Of a stretch of DNA of 64,000 nt, positions 1 through 14,400 are shown piece after piece; position 1 is the stretch's first letter; every line of letters begins with the position of its first letter. Under the pieces are notes generated by a model. That model was not told the origin of the DNA. It searched no databases and worked only from the letters and a program-made list of their open reading frames with translations. The DNA comes from Eledone cirrhosa (lineage: Eukaryota), in NCBI GenBank assembly GCA_964016885.1, contig OZ024741.1, positions 21,142,001-21,206,000 on the forward strand. The letters are read 5' to 3'. The position numbers and the translations under genes were made by a program.

Positions 1-815
1 GAAGTCCAGATTTAGACCTTGTTGTGTCCAGGGAAGTCCAGACTTAGACCTTGTGTCCAGGGAAGTCCAGATTTAGACCTTGTTGTGTCCAGGGAAGTCC
101 AGATTTAGACCTTGTTGTGTCCAGAGAAGTCCAGATTTAGACCTTGTTGTGTCCAGAGAAGTCCAGACTTAGACCTTGTGTCCAGGGAAGTCCAGATTTA
201 GACCTTGTTGTGTCCAGGGAAGTCCAGACTTAGACCTTGTGTCAAGGGAAGTCCATATTTAGACCTTGTTGTGTCCAGGGAAGTTCAGACTTAGACCTTG
301 TGTCCAGGGAAGTCCAGATTTAGACCTTGTTGAGTCCAGGGAAGTCCAGATTTAGACCTTGTTGTGTCCAGGAAAGTCCAGATTTAGACCTTGTTGTGTC
401 CAGGAAAGTCCAGATTTAGACCTTGTTGTGTCCAGGAAAGTCCAGATTTAGACCTTGTTGAGTCCAGGAAAGTCCAGATTTAGACCTTGTTGTGTCCAGG
501 GAAGTCCAGATTTAGACCTTGTTGTGTCCAGGGAAGTCCAGATTTAGACCTTGTTGTGTCCAGGGAAGTCCAGATTTAGACCTTGTTGTGTCCAGGGAAG
601 TCCAGATTTAGACCTTGTTGAGTCCAGGAAAGTCCAGATTTAGACCTTGTGTCCAGGAAAGTCCAGATTTAGACCTTGTTGAGTCCAGGAAAGTCCAGAT
701 TTAGACCTTGTGTCCAGGGAAGTCCAGACTTAGACCTTGTTGAGTCCAGGAAAGTCCAGATTTAGACCTTGTGTCCAGGAAAGTCCAGATTTAGACCTTG
801 TGTCCAGGGAAGTTC
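1..815. repeat. 32-bp minisatellite (GAAGTCCAGATTTAGACCTTGTTGTGTCCAGG, with 29-bp variants), about 26 copies, runs off the window start
   Basis: Tandem unit read directly; second unit starts at 33. Confidence 0.95.
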
Positions 816-1538
816 AGGTTTGGTGGGCTCCTCATATAACAAAACCCACACACGCATAAATATATATATATACATATTTGTGTGTATATACGTATATCAT
901 CATCGGCTATTTTTCATGATAGCATGGGTTAGACGGGTTGCCCTGTTGTGGGCAATGCTATATATATGTATAAGAAAAAGAAGTTCAAAATGCAATTGGA
1001 ATCTTAAAGAAGGTTTATTTACAACTTTACTTTACTGGTTTCACAAGTTTCATGATATATATATATATATAATCTTTTTAATTACCAACTGTAAGGAGTA
1101 CTCGATACTTCCCCTAGTTTGCCATGGCTTACTAGCTCTACATGGACATTTAAATTTGTTTAAATAAATAAATAAAATTGCAAGGATAAAAAATTTAACT
1201 TAATTTGTATGTAGAGTTATATATGAGAGTATATAACTACCATGTAGTTTTAGACTGAGCTCAGTGTGTTTATTTAATAATTGATTCTATTTTGGCACAA
1301 GGCCAGCAATTACCCCAGTGCATTACTGGTGCTTTATTTTATCGACCCCATAAGGATGAAAGACAAAATTTAATAATGAAGGAATAAGAGATACTTTTAA
1401 AGAAAAAGGCAAGGAAAGATAGAAGTAAACATAGAGCATATATAAACAAATAAATGGAATCAAAATACTAAACATGCTTATTGCTTTACAGTTGTTTCAC
1501 GTATGTTATATATCATTGCACAGTTCAAAATACAATTT

Positions 1539-2192
1539 TACATGATCACTTTACAGTGTGGGATGGGCACTCTTTGTCATGATACCTACATGATCACTTT
1601 ACAGTGTGGGATGGGTACTCTTTGTCATGACACCTACATGATCACTTTACAGTGTGGGATGGGCACTCTTTGTCATGATACCTACATGATCACTTTACAG
1701 TGTGGGGTGGGCACTCTTTGTCATGACACCTACACTACCACTTTACAGTGTGGGGTGGGCACTCTTTGTCATGACACCTACATGATCACTTTACAGTGTG
1801 GGGTGGGCACTCTTTGTCATGATACCTACATGATCACTTTACAGTGTGGGGTGGGTACTCTTTGTCATGACACCTACATGATCACTTTACAGTGTGGGAT
1901 GGGCACTCTTTGTCATGATACCTACATGATCACTTTACAGTGTGGGGTGGGCACTCTTTGTCATGACACCTACATGATCACTTTACAGTGTGGGGTGGGT
2001 ACTCTTTGTCATGATACCTACATGATCACTTTACAGTGTGGGATGGGCACTCTTTGTCATGATACCTACATGATCACTTTACAGTGTGGGGTGGGTACTC
2101 TTTGTCATGACACCTACATGATCACTTTACAGTGTGGGGTGGGTACTCTTTGTCATGACACCTACATGATCACTTTACAGTGTGGGGTGGGC
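1539..2192. repeat. 48-bp minisatellite, about 13-14 copies, related to the RTE LINE 3' UTR motif
   Basis: Unit TACATGATCACTTTACAGTGTGGGRTGGGCACTCTTTGTCATGAYACC; explains the 16-aa periodic ORF 1503-2276; similar to 28680-28780. Confidence 0.95.
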
Positions 2193-2399
2193 TGGGTTCT
2201 TTTGTCAAGTGGGGGGGTCACTTTATGGAGAGGCTTGAGGAAGATTCTTAGGGAAGTAGGTATAAGAGTGGGGTAATTACAGCGAGGGACAGATGGGAGG
2301 GGAGATGGTATATATACACACATATCTCTTGAGTTCTACTTGTTTGGCATCACAGTTGTATTGTGATAAAGCAATATAGATAGATAGGTAGATAGTAAT

Positions 2400-2535
2400 A
2401 ATAAGTATGGACGAGGTGTCAAATTTTCATTACGTTTATTCTGGTGTGACGCGTGTTTCGCGATTCATCAGCTCCCGGTTTGATCTCAATTGATTGGGCC
2501 CAACTCTGGAATCAATAATTCATCGGACTTCTTTT
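2400..2535 (-). mobile_element. Penelope-like terminal-repeat fragment with a degenerate hammerhead motif
   Basis: Minus strand reads gtCCGATGA...gaatcgcGAAACacgcGTCac; homologous to 41053-41138. Confidence 0.55.
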
Positions 2536-2542
2536 TGCTTAA

Positions 2543-5081
2543 CCCTTTAGCGTATCCGGCCAGAATTCTCTCATCTCTTTCTGTTCAAATTGGCCATAAC
2601 CAGCCCGTCATACTTATGTTAAGGTATTGTTCTCAAAATAAATGACATCAAAGTCTCATAGATTCAATATTATGTGAAATAATTATGTAAGATAAAGCCT
2701 TTACTGTGAAAATATAATAGTAAATATAGAGTAATGGGAATGTTATGTAAGATAAAGCCTTTACTGTGAAAATACAATAGTAAATATAGAGTAATGGGAA
2801 TGTTCTGTAAGATAAAGCCTTTACTGTGAAAATACAATAGTAAATATAGAGTAATGTAAATGTTATGTAAGATAAAGCCTTTACTGTGAAAATATAATAG
2901 TAAATATAGAGTAATGTAAATGTTATGTAAGATAAAGCCTTTACTGTGAAAATACAATAGTAAATATAGAGTAATGTAAATGTTATGTAAGATAAAGCCT
3001 TTACTGTGAAAATATAATAGTAAATATAGAGTAATGTAAATGTTATGTAAGATAAAGCCTTTACTGTGAAAATATAATAGTAAATATAGAGTAATGTAAA
3101 TGTTATGTAAGATAAAGCCTTTACTGTGAAAATATAATAGTAAATATAGAGTAATGGGAATGTTATGTAAGATAAAGCTTTTACTGTGAAAATACAATAG
3201 TAAATATAGAGTAATGTGAATGTTCTGTAAGATAAAGCCTTTACTGTGAAAATACAATAGTAAATATAGAGTAATGGGAATGTTCTGAAAGATAAAGCCT
3301 TTACTGTGAAAATACAATAGTAAATATAGAGTAATGGGAATGTTATGTAAGATAAAGCCTTTACTGTGAAAATACAATAGTAAATATAGAGTAATGGGAA
3401 TGTTATGTAAGATAAAGCCTTTACTGTGAAAATATAATAGTAAATATAGAGTAATGTAAATGTTATGTAAGATAAAGCCTTTACTGTGAAAATACAATAG
3501 TAAATATAGAGTAATGGGAATGTTATGTAAGATAAAGCCTTTACTGTGAAAATATAATAGTAAATATAGAGTAATGTAAATGTTATGTAAGATAAAGCCT
3601 TTACTGTGAAAATACAATAGTAAATATAGAGTAATGGGAATGTTATGTAAGATAAAGCCTTTACTGTGAAAATACAATAGTAAATATAGAGTAATGGGAA
3701 TGTTATGTAAGATAAAGCCTTTACTGTGAAAATACAATAGTAAATATAGAGTAATGGGAATGTTATGTAAGATAAAGCCTTTACTGTGAAAATATAATAG
3801 TAAATATAGAGTAATGGGAATGTTATGTAAGATAAAGCCTTTACTGTGAAAATACAATAGTAAATATAGAGTAATGTAAATGTTATGTAAGATAAAGCCT
3901 TTACTGTGAAAATATAATAGTAAATATAGAGTAATGTAAATGTTATGTAAGATAAAGCCTTTACTGTGAAAATACAATAGTAAATATAGAGTAATGTAAA
4001 TGTTATGTAAGATAAAGCCTTTACTGTGAAAATATAATAGTAAATATAGAGTAATGTAAATGTTATGTAAGATAAAGCCTTTACTGTGAAAATATAATAG
4101 TAAATATAGAGTAATGTAAATGTTATGTAAGATAAAGCCTTTACTGTGAAAATATAATAGTAAATATAGAGTAATGGGAATGTTATGTAAGATAAAGCTT
4201 TTACTGTGAAAATACAATAGTAAATATAGAGTAATGTGAATGTTCTGTAAGATAAAGCCTTTACTGTGAAAATACAATAGTAAATATAGAGTAATGGGAA
4301 TGTTCTGAAAGATAAAGCCTTTACTGTGAAAATACAATAGTAAATATAGAGTAATGGGAATGTTATGTAAGATAAAGCCTTTACTGTGAAAATACAATAG
4401 TAAATATAGAGTAATGGGAATGTTATGTAAGATAAAGCCTTTACTGTGAAAATATAATAGTAAATATAGAGTAATGTAAATGTTATGTAAGATAAAGCCT
4501 TTACTGTGAAAATACAATAGTAAATATAGAGTAATGGGAATGTTATGTAAGATAAAGCCTTTACTGTGAAAATATAATAGTAAATATAGAGTAATGTAAA
4601 TGTTATGTAAGATAAAGCCTTTACTGTGAAAATACAATAGTAAATATAGAGTAATGGGAATGTTATGTAAGATAAAGCCTTTACTGTGAAAATACAATAG
4701 TAAATATAGAGTAATGGGAATGTTATGTAAGATAAAGCCTTTACTGTGAAAATACAATAGTAAATATAGAGTAATGGGAATGTTATGTAAGATAAAGCCT
4801 TTACTGTGAAAATATAATAGTAAATATAGAGTAATGGGAATGTTATGTAAGATAAAGCCTTTACTGTGAAAATACAATAGTAAATATAGAGTAATGGAAA
4901 TGTTATGTAAGATAAAGCCTTTACTGTGAAAATACAATAGTAAATATAGAGTAATGGAAATGTTATATTAGATAAAGCCTTTACTGTGAAAATACAATAG
5001 TAAATATAGAGTAATGGGAATGTTATGTGAGGTAAAGCCTTTACTGTGAAAATACAATAGTAAATATAGAGTAATGTAAAT
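2543..5081. repeat. piggyBac-type MITE left end (2543-2690) expanded into a 60-bp satellite, about 40 copies
   Basis: TTAA-CCCTTTAGC start; exact 60-bp period; unit matches the subterminal segment of MITE copies at 43210, 46256 and 47217. Confidence 0.95.
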
Positions 5082-5606
5082 GTGGCTACTGTTTATTTTT
5101 ATCGCCCTGCACTTTTTTATACAGCTGTCGTCTTTCATGCGCATCACGTGACCGTACCAACGTAGTCTTCTCTTGAGTAAACAACATCTGATCCCTCTTA
5201 TTCCTAATTTCTCCCTTAGTTCGTTTATGCTTTGCTGTTCACGTATATTACTATTACACATCCAGCGGAGCATGCAAGCTTTGTTCCTCTCCAGTCTGCG
5301 TATATCCTCTGCACACAATGCCCAGGTCTCACTGCTATGTAACATTGTTGTTCGTATGCAGGCATCATACAGTCTGCCTTTCATTTTTAGAGAGAACCCT
5401 TTAACGGCCAATAGTGGTATAAGCTCTCTGAACTTTTTCCATCCCGTTCTGACTCTAGCTACTGTACTTTCAGAGCACCCTCCCCCACTGCTGATTTTGT
5501 CAACCAGTTAACGGAAGCTGTCCACTATTTCTATAGAACCATCTGTGCAATGGAATGTGCTAGTATTCTGTGGGCACTTGCTGCTACTTATTGCACCAGA
5601 GCACCG
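5082..5606 (-). mobile_element. RTE-clade LINE fragment (RT C-terminal region)
   Basis: MLHSSETW and RRLRWYGHVMRM motifs; near-identical to 28881-29550 and 49155-49700. Confidence 0.9.
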
Positions 5607-5668
5607 ATATATATATATTTGCTAAACAAATTCAGAAACGAAATATATATATAATATCATCATCATTA

Positions 5669-6672
5669 TCTATAAAAGGCAGATTGTTGTTGTTGTTGTT
5701 GTGTGTGTGTGTGCATGTTCCATGTTTATACATTTGCACAATTTTAAACCGATTCGACTCAAAGTCTGTAAGAATGTTGTAAATGATCTTAGTTCAACGA
5801 CTATTTATTTCATTCAAACTCACCCACAATTATGGAAATAATCGATAAAACTAAATACATGACGCTTTAACCCTCTAATAGAATCTGAGTACCTCTCTCT
5901 ACTCCCCTTAAAATTCGATAAAACTACATACATGCTTACAAACTTCCTTTAGGAACGCCGAAGAGAGTGAGAGGGAGAGAAAGAGAGAACGTTTGTTTTT
6001 GAGTGTGGAACGGTAAAACATTTATTTACTTCAATGACAAAGAGAACTTATTACATTTCATACGAAACAACAATTATTCAAAAGCAACGGATAAATTTAT
6101 TCAACAACAACAAAAATAGCGATAAATCTTTTTTAAAACCTCTCAATGAACGTGGAAGAAAGAAGTATCAGTTTATTTACTATACACAATAATATCCTCT
6201 ATGAGGTCACTAAACCTGCTAGAAACAGCAGCTAACTCTCCCCCATATCACACCCCTCCCTACTGTCTTAAATTTAGAAAACATATTCTCTATGAGGTCA
6301 CTAAACCTGCTAGAAATAGCAACTAACTCTCCCCCATATCACACCCCTCCCTACTGTCTTAAATTTAGAAAACACACATTAGACAACCATGCAGAACAAC
6401 TCAATTGCAGCTCTGTTGTTCGGCTGGCATCGTCTACGCGTGTGTTGCGCAAGTACTGTGAAACAATAAATTTCAACACTTCTTTGCACAGAGATAATAT
6501 CCATAGGCGAAACTACAATTGTCACTGCTGGCGCAGCTCCTGCTTCGGCAGTCCAGGTCTGCAATTCATTCACCCAGTGCCTGGCAGACAAAAAAGTGCT
6601 GCTATAAAATGGGTGGTGCAACCTAACTTTGGTAACTTACTGACCCCAAGCAATGCCGGGCTTTAATGCTAG
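5669..6672 (+). mobile_element. Non-autonomous Helitron
   Basis: A|TC 5' end; 3' CCCAAGCAATGCCGGG followed by CTAG|T; both ends resemble the coding Helitron at 13670-17452. Confidence 0.7.
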
Positions 6673-6827
6673 TATATATATATATAATATATATAATATC
6701 CAGTCGTAGAAAACCTGCCAGATATAGTCGAGCGTGACACGGTCACCCAATTAACCTTGGCTCAAGTGGGACAATTTCCTGACTAGTGTGGAAGATAGAC
6801 ATTAAACAATGATGATATATGTATGTG

Positions 6828-6866
<39 letters not shown>

Positions 6867-7096
6867 CATTTTTGTATTTATTGTGCAAGATTACTTATCT
6901 GAAAACATATGTTGAGAAAGTGATACTGCCATTAAAACCACACACATCTGTTGGTTAGATAACTGCAAAACTAGAAACTTAGTATATAGCATAAGATGTA
7001 GGAATAGGAACACAACTTACATAGGTGAGACAGCCCATAGCATAGGAGACCCAGCATGACCCTCCCAAAGTATAACAATATATATATATATATATA

Positions 7097-7960
7097 TGCG
7101 CCTTGCACTGGAGAAACACCAGGACTCTGGCTTTACTGTAGCACCGGCTCAGAGCAGGAGAGTTGGGGCGAAAAAGGTATCGGATGCTGAATTTGCCGAC
7201 GACATAGTTTTGGTGACAAATACAGTGAAGGAGGCAGAGGATTTGATGCGGGAGGTTGAGACTGTGTCGATGAGTGTGGGGCTGAGAATAAATGAGACTA
7301 AAACAAAATATCTGGTAGAGAATGTTGAGAAGCCAGAGGGGATCACTAATTAGGCGGGAAGCCGCTAGAATTGGTTGAGGACTTCCTGTATTTGGGAGCA
7401 AAGATTGGGAATACGGAAGATGATGTGGTTGAGAGGAAGAGCAAGGCCTGGGCGGCGTGTCACAGCTTGAAATCGGTGTGGAAGTCGGACCTTCGTAGAG
7501 ACCTGAAAATCCGCCTCTTCATTGCTGTAGTGGAGTCTGTGCTGCTGTATGGGTCTGAGACTTGGACACTGACCAAGAGACTCACTCAGATGGTGGATGG
7601 GTGCTACACGAGAATGCTGAGGATGGCTCTGAACATTAATCAGTATACACTGAGGATGAAAAACTCAGAGCTGTATGGGAGCATCCCAAAAGTCAGCTCA
7701 AAAGTGACACAGAGGAGACTGAGGTTAGCTGGACATGCTCACCGACATCCAGAGTTGACATTGCACTCAGTGCTCCTTTGGGAGCCCCTACATGGACACA
7801 CTAGAAGAGGAAGACCAAGGTTAACATATGTTGATGCCTTAAGGACAGACAACACTGGTCTGTTGGAGATGCAGGATATGGCAGCGATAATGAGGGACAG
7901 AGACCGCTGGAGAGAACTCGTCCATGGATCTCGGGAATTTTACCCGCCTTAGATAGATAT
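7097..7960 (+). mobile_element. 5'-truncated RTE/RTE-X LINE (RT C-terminal half, disrupted)
   Basis: FADDIVL, DFLYLG, LLYGSETW and GRPR motifs; (TAGA)n tail; flanked by (TA)n. Confidence 0.88.
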
Positions 7961-8380
7961 ATATATTCATCTATGTTTTGTGGTTCACCAATGGTTTTTC
8001 CATTTAGGTAATCTTGATTTATAGTAGGAAAAGCATTCTATGTTACGCAACTCATCCATTGTTGATGTTGAATTCTGTGGCTCAAGATCCATGTTTGCGT
8101 TATGATCTGACTCCAATCCCAATATATATATATATATTTATGGATGGACAAAACAAACCGGCAGGAGACCCAGGGATAGACCCCTAGTAAGAGCAAGATA
8201 ATTGGTATCTAAAAACCCTTCCATCATAATTTTATATGAGAATTTTTAAGTTTTGTTCCAAACACCAAATCAATGAGAAAGTTAGTTAAATTCTTGATTA
8301 TTTTCAAATGAAATCAGAAATATGATGATGAAAAGGTTTAAATTCTTTTTAAGTTGTTTCTTTTCATGTATTTACTACAG

Positions 8381-8463
8381 TTTCAATGTGTAAAGTTGGG
8401 ACAAATAATGAATGTGAAACTCTAAAGAACAGTGACAATGTACACAACATAAAGTGTGTTTCT
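8381..8463 (+). CDS. MELTF: Transferrin-family exon, start of N-lobe (SMCKVGTNNECETLKNSDNVHNIKCVS)
   Basis: tactacag acceptor, gtaagt donor; three Cys positioned as in transferrin N-termini; phase-0 end matches the next exon. Confidence 0.8.
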
Positions 8464-11392
8464 GTAAGTGATTATATTTCATTAATTTGTTAATAACTTT
8501 AACCCTTTAGCATTTACATTATTCTATATATACTATATATAGGGTATATATACTATATATAGGGTATATATAGGATATATATACTATATATAGGGTATAT
8601 ATACTATATATAGGTGGTGAGAGCAGACCTCAGATCGATGAAGTCCACGGTGGAGATGACAAAGGACCGTGACAAGTGGAGAGACGCTGTGCTGAATAGG
8701 ACCCGTCCCACCCATTCAAGCAGGGAAAAGCGGATGTAAAATGATGATGATGATGATATAGGGTAGTGGATTGGCAGTGTCGGTAGAGGGTCGGACACCA
8801 TGCTTTGCAGCATAGTTACATCCTTTTATGATCTGAGTTCAAATCCCGCCTAGGTTAACTTTGCCTTTCATCCTTACAAGGTCGATAAAATAAAGTACCA
8901 GTAATGTACTGGGTAATTGCTGGCCTTGTGCCAAAAGCAGAAACTATTATTCTATATATACTATTCTATTTTTATGGTTAAGGCTTCATCTTTTATAATT
9001 ATTTCATATAATATCGAATCTACAAAATTTTGATATTTATCTTGAGAACAATACCTTAACATAAGTATGAGCAGCTGGTTATAGCTGGTTTGAATAGAAA
9101 GAGATAAGAGAATTCTGGCCAGATACAGCCTGTTTAATTGCTAAAGGGTTAAATCCACCTTTTAATACCTTTTGCCAATCCTTTCTAAGAGCTTACTGGT
9201 GTCATCACCACTATCATCATCATCGTCATCATTTTATGCCCATTTTCCTTGCAGGCATGGGTTGGACAGTTTCTTACAATTTGGGACCAGACATTTCAGA
9301 ACGACCTATCTTGCTCATATGTTCCATATTTGGCAGAGTTTCTAGGTCTGGATGCCCTTCCTATTGCCAACCACCTTACAGGCTGCACTGAGTATGTCTT
9401 TTTGAGGCAGCATCACCACTACAACTTTACAGAGTGTACTGGGTGTGTCTTTCTGTAATGCTGACACTAACACTTTACAGGGTGTACTGGGTGCTTTTTG
9501 TTGTGGTACCAGTACAACCACTTTACATGGTGGACTGAGTGCTTTTTGTCATAGCACTAGTATGACCACTTTACAGGGTTGACTGGGTGCTTTTTGTTTT
9601 GACACTAACACAATCCATAAACATGACTTTGTTACTCCATCTGTAAAACAATGAGTTATGTAAAAGTAAAAATAAGAGATTTTAATTCTTCATTGTACAT
9701 CTTTTTCCAATTTTTCAGGTGCCAAATATCTATCGTTGCATGAAATTGGTGAAGGAAGGTAAAGTTGATGTGTTACCTGTCTCGGACACTGATCTCTATC
9801 CAGCTGGAAAGTTTCTGGGTCTCAAGCCATTCCTGCAAGAAATTCTAAAATCCAGTGAGTGATCTTTTTATTTTGTTGGTTAGGCAGTAATCAGTAGAGC
9901 GTCTGACAACATGCTTTGCAGCATAGAGTTACAACCCTTTACATTCTGATTTCAAGTCCTGCCGAGGTTAGCTTTGCCTTTCATCCCTACAGGGGTTGAT
10001 AAAATAAAGTATCAGTAATACACTGAGGTCGATTTAATCGACTTGCTCATTCCAAAAAATTGTTGGCCTTGTGCCTAAATCAGAAACCATTATTTTGTTC
10101 TCTCAATATCATATATAGATGCTCTTTCAACTTTTGGTTTCTTCTATCATCACACTATTGTCTCTCTTACATCATATTGATATTGTCATCACTCATATAT
10201 ACTGACATACACTATAATATGTTGACTCACTGTCATCATCATCATTATCATTGATTAACATTCACTTTCCCTGCTAGCAAGAGCTGGATGTGTCTGCACA
10301 GACCAAGTCAGTAATGAAGTGGAACTACTGATCTCCCAGGCCGAGGGGTCTGCATCTCACTTAGATATGGTCATACGTTCTATCAAGTCAACAGAAGTTT
10401 TCATGGTGATGTCCAGCAGAAGCAAGGGGGACAACCGTCTATGCATTTCAGGCTTAACTGGCCATCGTCAGGACGGTCCCTCCCACCGCTTGCTACTGCT
10501 GGACTAGAAGACAGGCGAGAATATATAGTTTTCTCATCTGTGTAAATTAGGTGATTAATCTCATTTGCATATGAAGCTGCATAAGTTGGCTCAACTTATA
10601 ATAGAAAAGAAATAGGATTTCAAGCATAGCTTTATACAATATGTATAAATATTTCATATCTCCAAAGAAATACGGTCCTTCCCACCTCTTGCAGTCGCAA
10701 GCGGTGGGAGGGACCGTCCTGTATTACTGCGTGACGCCAGAGGTCACGGTCCTGTGTCATCGCCTTTGAGAGATGCAATTGGACAAGGTCTGCTTTTATC
10801 ACCTCATCCCACTTTTAGTGCTCTGCACCTTTTTATGCAGCTGTCATCCTTCATACGCAACCACCTCTCCTGCACACAGCATTTGATTCCTCTTATGCTC
10901 AGTCTCTCTCTCAATTCATTTATGCTTTGCCGTTTGCGTATATTACTATTACACATCCATCGGAGCATGCAAACTTCGGTTCTTTCTAATCTATGCAAGT
11001 CTTCTACACACAGCGCCCAGGTCTCACTACCATGTAACATTGCTGTCGTATGCACACATGAGTTATATATATCATCATCATCATCATCATTTCATTTTAC
11101 GTCCGCTTTTCCCTGATTCTGGCTTGATTTCTACAGCTGGATGCCCTTCCTAACACCACCCTCATTTACAGTGAGTGCTGGGTGCTTTTTTTGCCGTGGC
11201 ACCTCCACGACCACTTTGCAGTGGTATGATATGGACCCCAGTCCCTATCATCTCATTTCTACAGCTGAGTAAACTGGAGCAATGTGAAATAAAGTGTCTT
11301 GCTCAAGGAACCAACACATCACCCGGTCACAACCTTTCGATTGCAAGGCTCTAACCACTAAGCCATGTGCCTCCATATATATACAGTTATAA

Positions 11393-11425
<33 letters not shown>

Positions 11426-14400
11426 TAGTAACATTAATAGAGATGCATAAATTGTTTATTCATAATAATTATTTCAACATTTCTCCCATGCAATCAAGAT
11501 GTAATTCATGCATTTGTTGTTGTTATGAGAACAGTATCCTCAGATGAAATTCGATGTTGTGATATGCCTCCGGCAGAAAAAACCACATCCTTCTGCCTGT
11601 GCACCCAGCAGACATATATATACATATATATATGTTGAAGGACCTCATAGCCAGTGACAAATTTAAAAGCTTATTACTTGATGCTTTTGACAATAAGGAA
11701 GAGCAATTAGAGACAACAATATAGAGGAACAGTGGTAATTCTTGAAAGTGAACCTGCTAAAAGCGACGGATGAAATCTGTCGCTGGAGCACACTTATTGG
11801 CAGGAGGAGAGTAACTTGGTGGTAGGACAGTAAGATGGAGAAGACAATCAAGGCCATAAAGCAGGCTTGGAAAGTATGGCAGGAGGGGGGAAGTAGAGAA
11901 CACTATCAGGTGGCCAGGGGAGAAGCTAGGAGACAAGTGTACTTTGCAAAAAGGGAAGCAGAGGATAGAAAGTTCAAGCATGTTCTACAATGTGAGATGT
12001 TCAAGATTGCTAGACAATGTATAAAGAAACAGTCAGTAAGGTTAGAATTAACAATGAATATTGTGAAGAATTTAGTGTAAAAGTTGGTGTTCATCAAGGC
12101 TCTGTCCTTAGCCTCCTCCTATTTATTATTGCCCTTCAGGCTATAACAGGAGTTTGAGACCGGCTGCCCATAGGAACTCCTATATGCAGATGATCTAACT
12201 ATCATAGCTGAATCTACTGCTGAACTACAGAAAAAATTCCAACATGGAAGCATGGCCTAGAATCAAAAGGCCTTAAAGTTAACTTGTCTAAGACTAAAGT
12301 TCTAGTATGTAGAAAGGAAAATAGGGTACAGGTGGGAAATGGCCATGCTCAGTGTGTAGGAAAGGAGTAGGTAGAAATTCCATTTTATGTCCCAAATGCA
12401 AACTATATATACATAAAAGATGTAGTGGGATCACAGGTAAACTATCTATGAACATAAATTTTATATTTGGCCGATGCTCAGGTGCAATAAATAGCAAGTG
12501 CCCACTGGATATTAGCTCATTCAACTGCCCAGATGGTTCTATAGAAATAGTGGACACTTTCCGTTACCTGGGTGACATAATCAGCAGCGGTGGAGGGTGC
12601 TCTGAAAGTACAGTAGCCAGAGTCAGAACGGGATGGAAAAAGTTCAGAGAGCTTATACCTCTGTTGGCCACAAAAGGTTTCTCTCTAAAAATGAAAGGCA
12701 GATTGTATGATGCCTGTATACGAACAGCAATGCTACATGGCAGTGAGACATGGGCATTGTGTGCAGAGGACCTGCGCAGACTGGAAAGGAACAAAGCATG
12801 CATACTCCGTTGAGTGTGTAATAGTAATATACGTGAACAGCAAAACATAAATGAACTAAGTGAGAAATTAGGAATAAGAAGGATCAGATGCTGTTTACTG
12901 TTGGTATGGTCACGTGATGCGCATGAAAGACGACAGCTGTATAAAAAAGTGCAGGGCGATCAAAATTGATGGAAGTTACAGAGTAGGTAGACCCAGAAAA
13001 ACCTGGGACGATTTGATAAATTTCGACCTTACACACTTGCACCTCTCTAAGACTATGTCACTGGACCGAGATCTTTGGCGCCACACAGTAATACAGAAGA
13101 CCCGCCTTGCCTATGTACAAAGCGAAACCTACAGTCAGTAGGCACCTCTTAACCAAATATACACCCCAATCCACTACCCCTACCACATTCTCCCATTCCC
13201 ACCAATGCCATCCTTTCTCTGTAAAGTTGGTACCACAACATCCGGTCCAAATAAATGAGATAATGAGATCGAGATCGTGTAGGTGTCATGACCAAAAAAC
13301 ACACAGTCTATGCTGTAATGTGGCCGTGTAGGTAGCACGGTAAAAAGTTCCCAGTTCCACACTGTAAATGTGGTTGGTGTTAGGAAGGGCATCCAGCCGT
13401 AGAAAACCTGCCAGATAGTCCTATATGAGCGAGACACGGTCACCCGACCAACCTTGCCTCAAATTGGGACAACTCCCGTCTAACCCATGCTAGCGTGGAA
13501 GATGGACGTTAAACGATGATGATGATGATGATATATATATACACTTCTTCTTCAGCCGAGTTTACACTCACAAAGATTCAAAGATTCAGCATGCCTTCTC
13601 CAATCGTCCTAGTCAAGCATGACATTTCTCAGTTCGTCGATGTTATCAATGTTGGCATCTCTCAGCAGGATAAAACGGAAGAAGTCTGTCTGTGTGTGTG
13701 TGTATGAGTTTTATGCATTTCCACATTTCTCTACCGATTTTGATGATTTTTTTTCCAATGTGCTCCAAATTTACCAGGGCTGGTCAACGTGTAATTATTT
13801 TTGCTAAGAATTTCCTGCTTCTATGAAAAAAAATCAATAAAACTAAATACATGCTGTAACCCTCTCTCTTACACGCTTCATTCCTCTCACTACTACCATC
13901 AAAAATATATGAAACTACATACATGTTGCAACTCTCTTTAAAAGGTTCATCCTTTCCTCTACTCCCCCCTCAATCTCCTCTGCAACTCTCTTTAAAAGGT
14001 TCATCACTCTCTTTACTCCCCCCCTCAATCTCCTCTGCAACTCCCTTTAAAAGGTTCATCACTCTCTCTACTCCCCCCTCAATCTCCTCTGCAACTCTCT
14101 TTAAAAGGTTCATCACTCTCTACTCCCCCCTCAATCTCCTCTGCAACTCTCTTTAAAAGGTTCATCACTCTCTCTACTCCCCCCTCAATCTCCTCTGCAA
14201 CTCCCTTTAAAAGGTTCATCACTCTCTCTACTCCCCCCTCAATCTCCTCTGCAACTCCCTTTAAAAGGTTCATCACTCTCTCTACTCCCCCCTCAATCTC
14301 CTCTGCAACTCCCTTTAAAAGGTTCATCACTCTCTCTACTCTTTACAATTTAGAACAACGACAAAACTTCTTTTGAAGGAACGTAAAATGTTGACCGTCG

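Noticed and set aside
1-815. CRISPR-like 29-32-bp repeats (also 19469-19980)
   Set aside because: Head-to-tail units with no unique spacers, no cas genes and a eukaryotic context
1474-1500. Candidate first exon of the transferrin gene (MLIALQLFH then gtatgt)
   Set aside because: Ends in phase 0 while exon 8381 needs phase 1, and it is too short for a signal peptide
1503-2276. Cys/His-rich 16-aa repeat ORF (also 23070-23534)
   Set aside because: Translation of a 48-bp LINE-UTR-derived minisatellite
2670-4937. 755-aa repetitive ORF
   Set aside because: Artefact of a stop-free 60-bp MITE-derived unit
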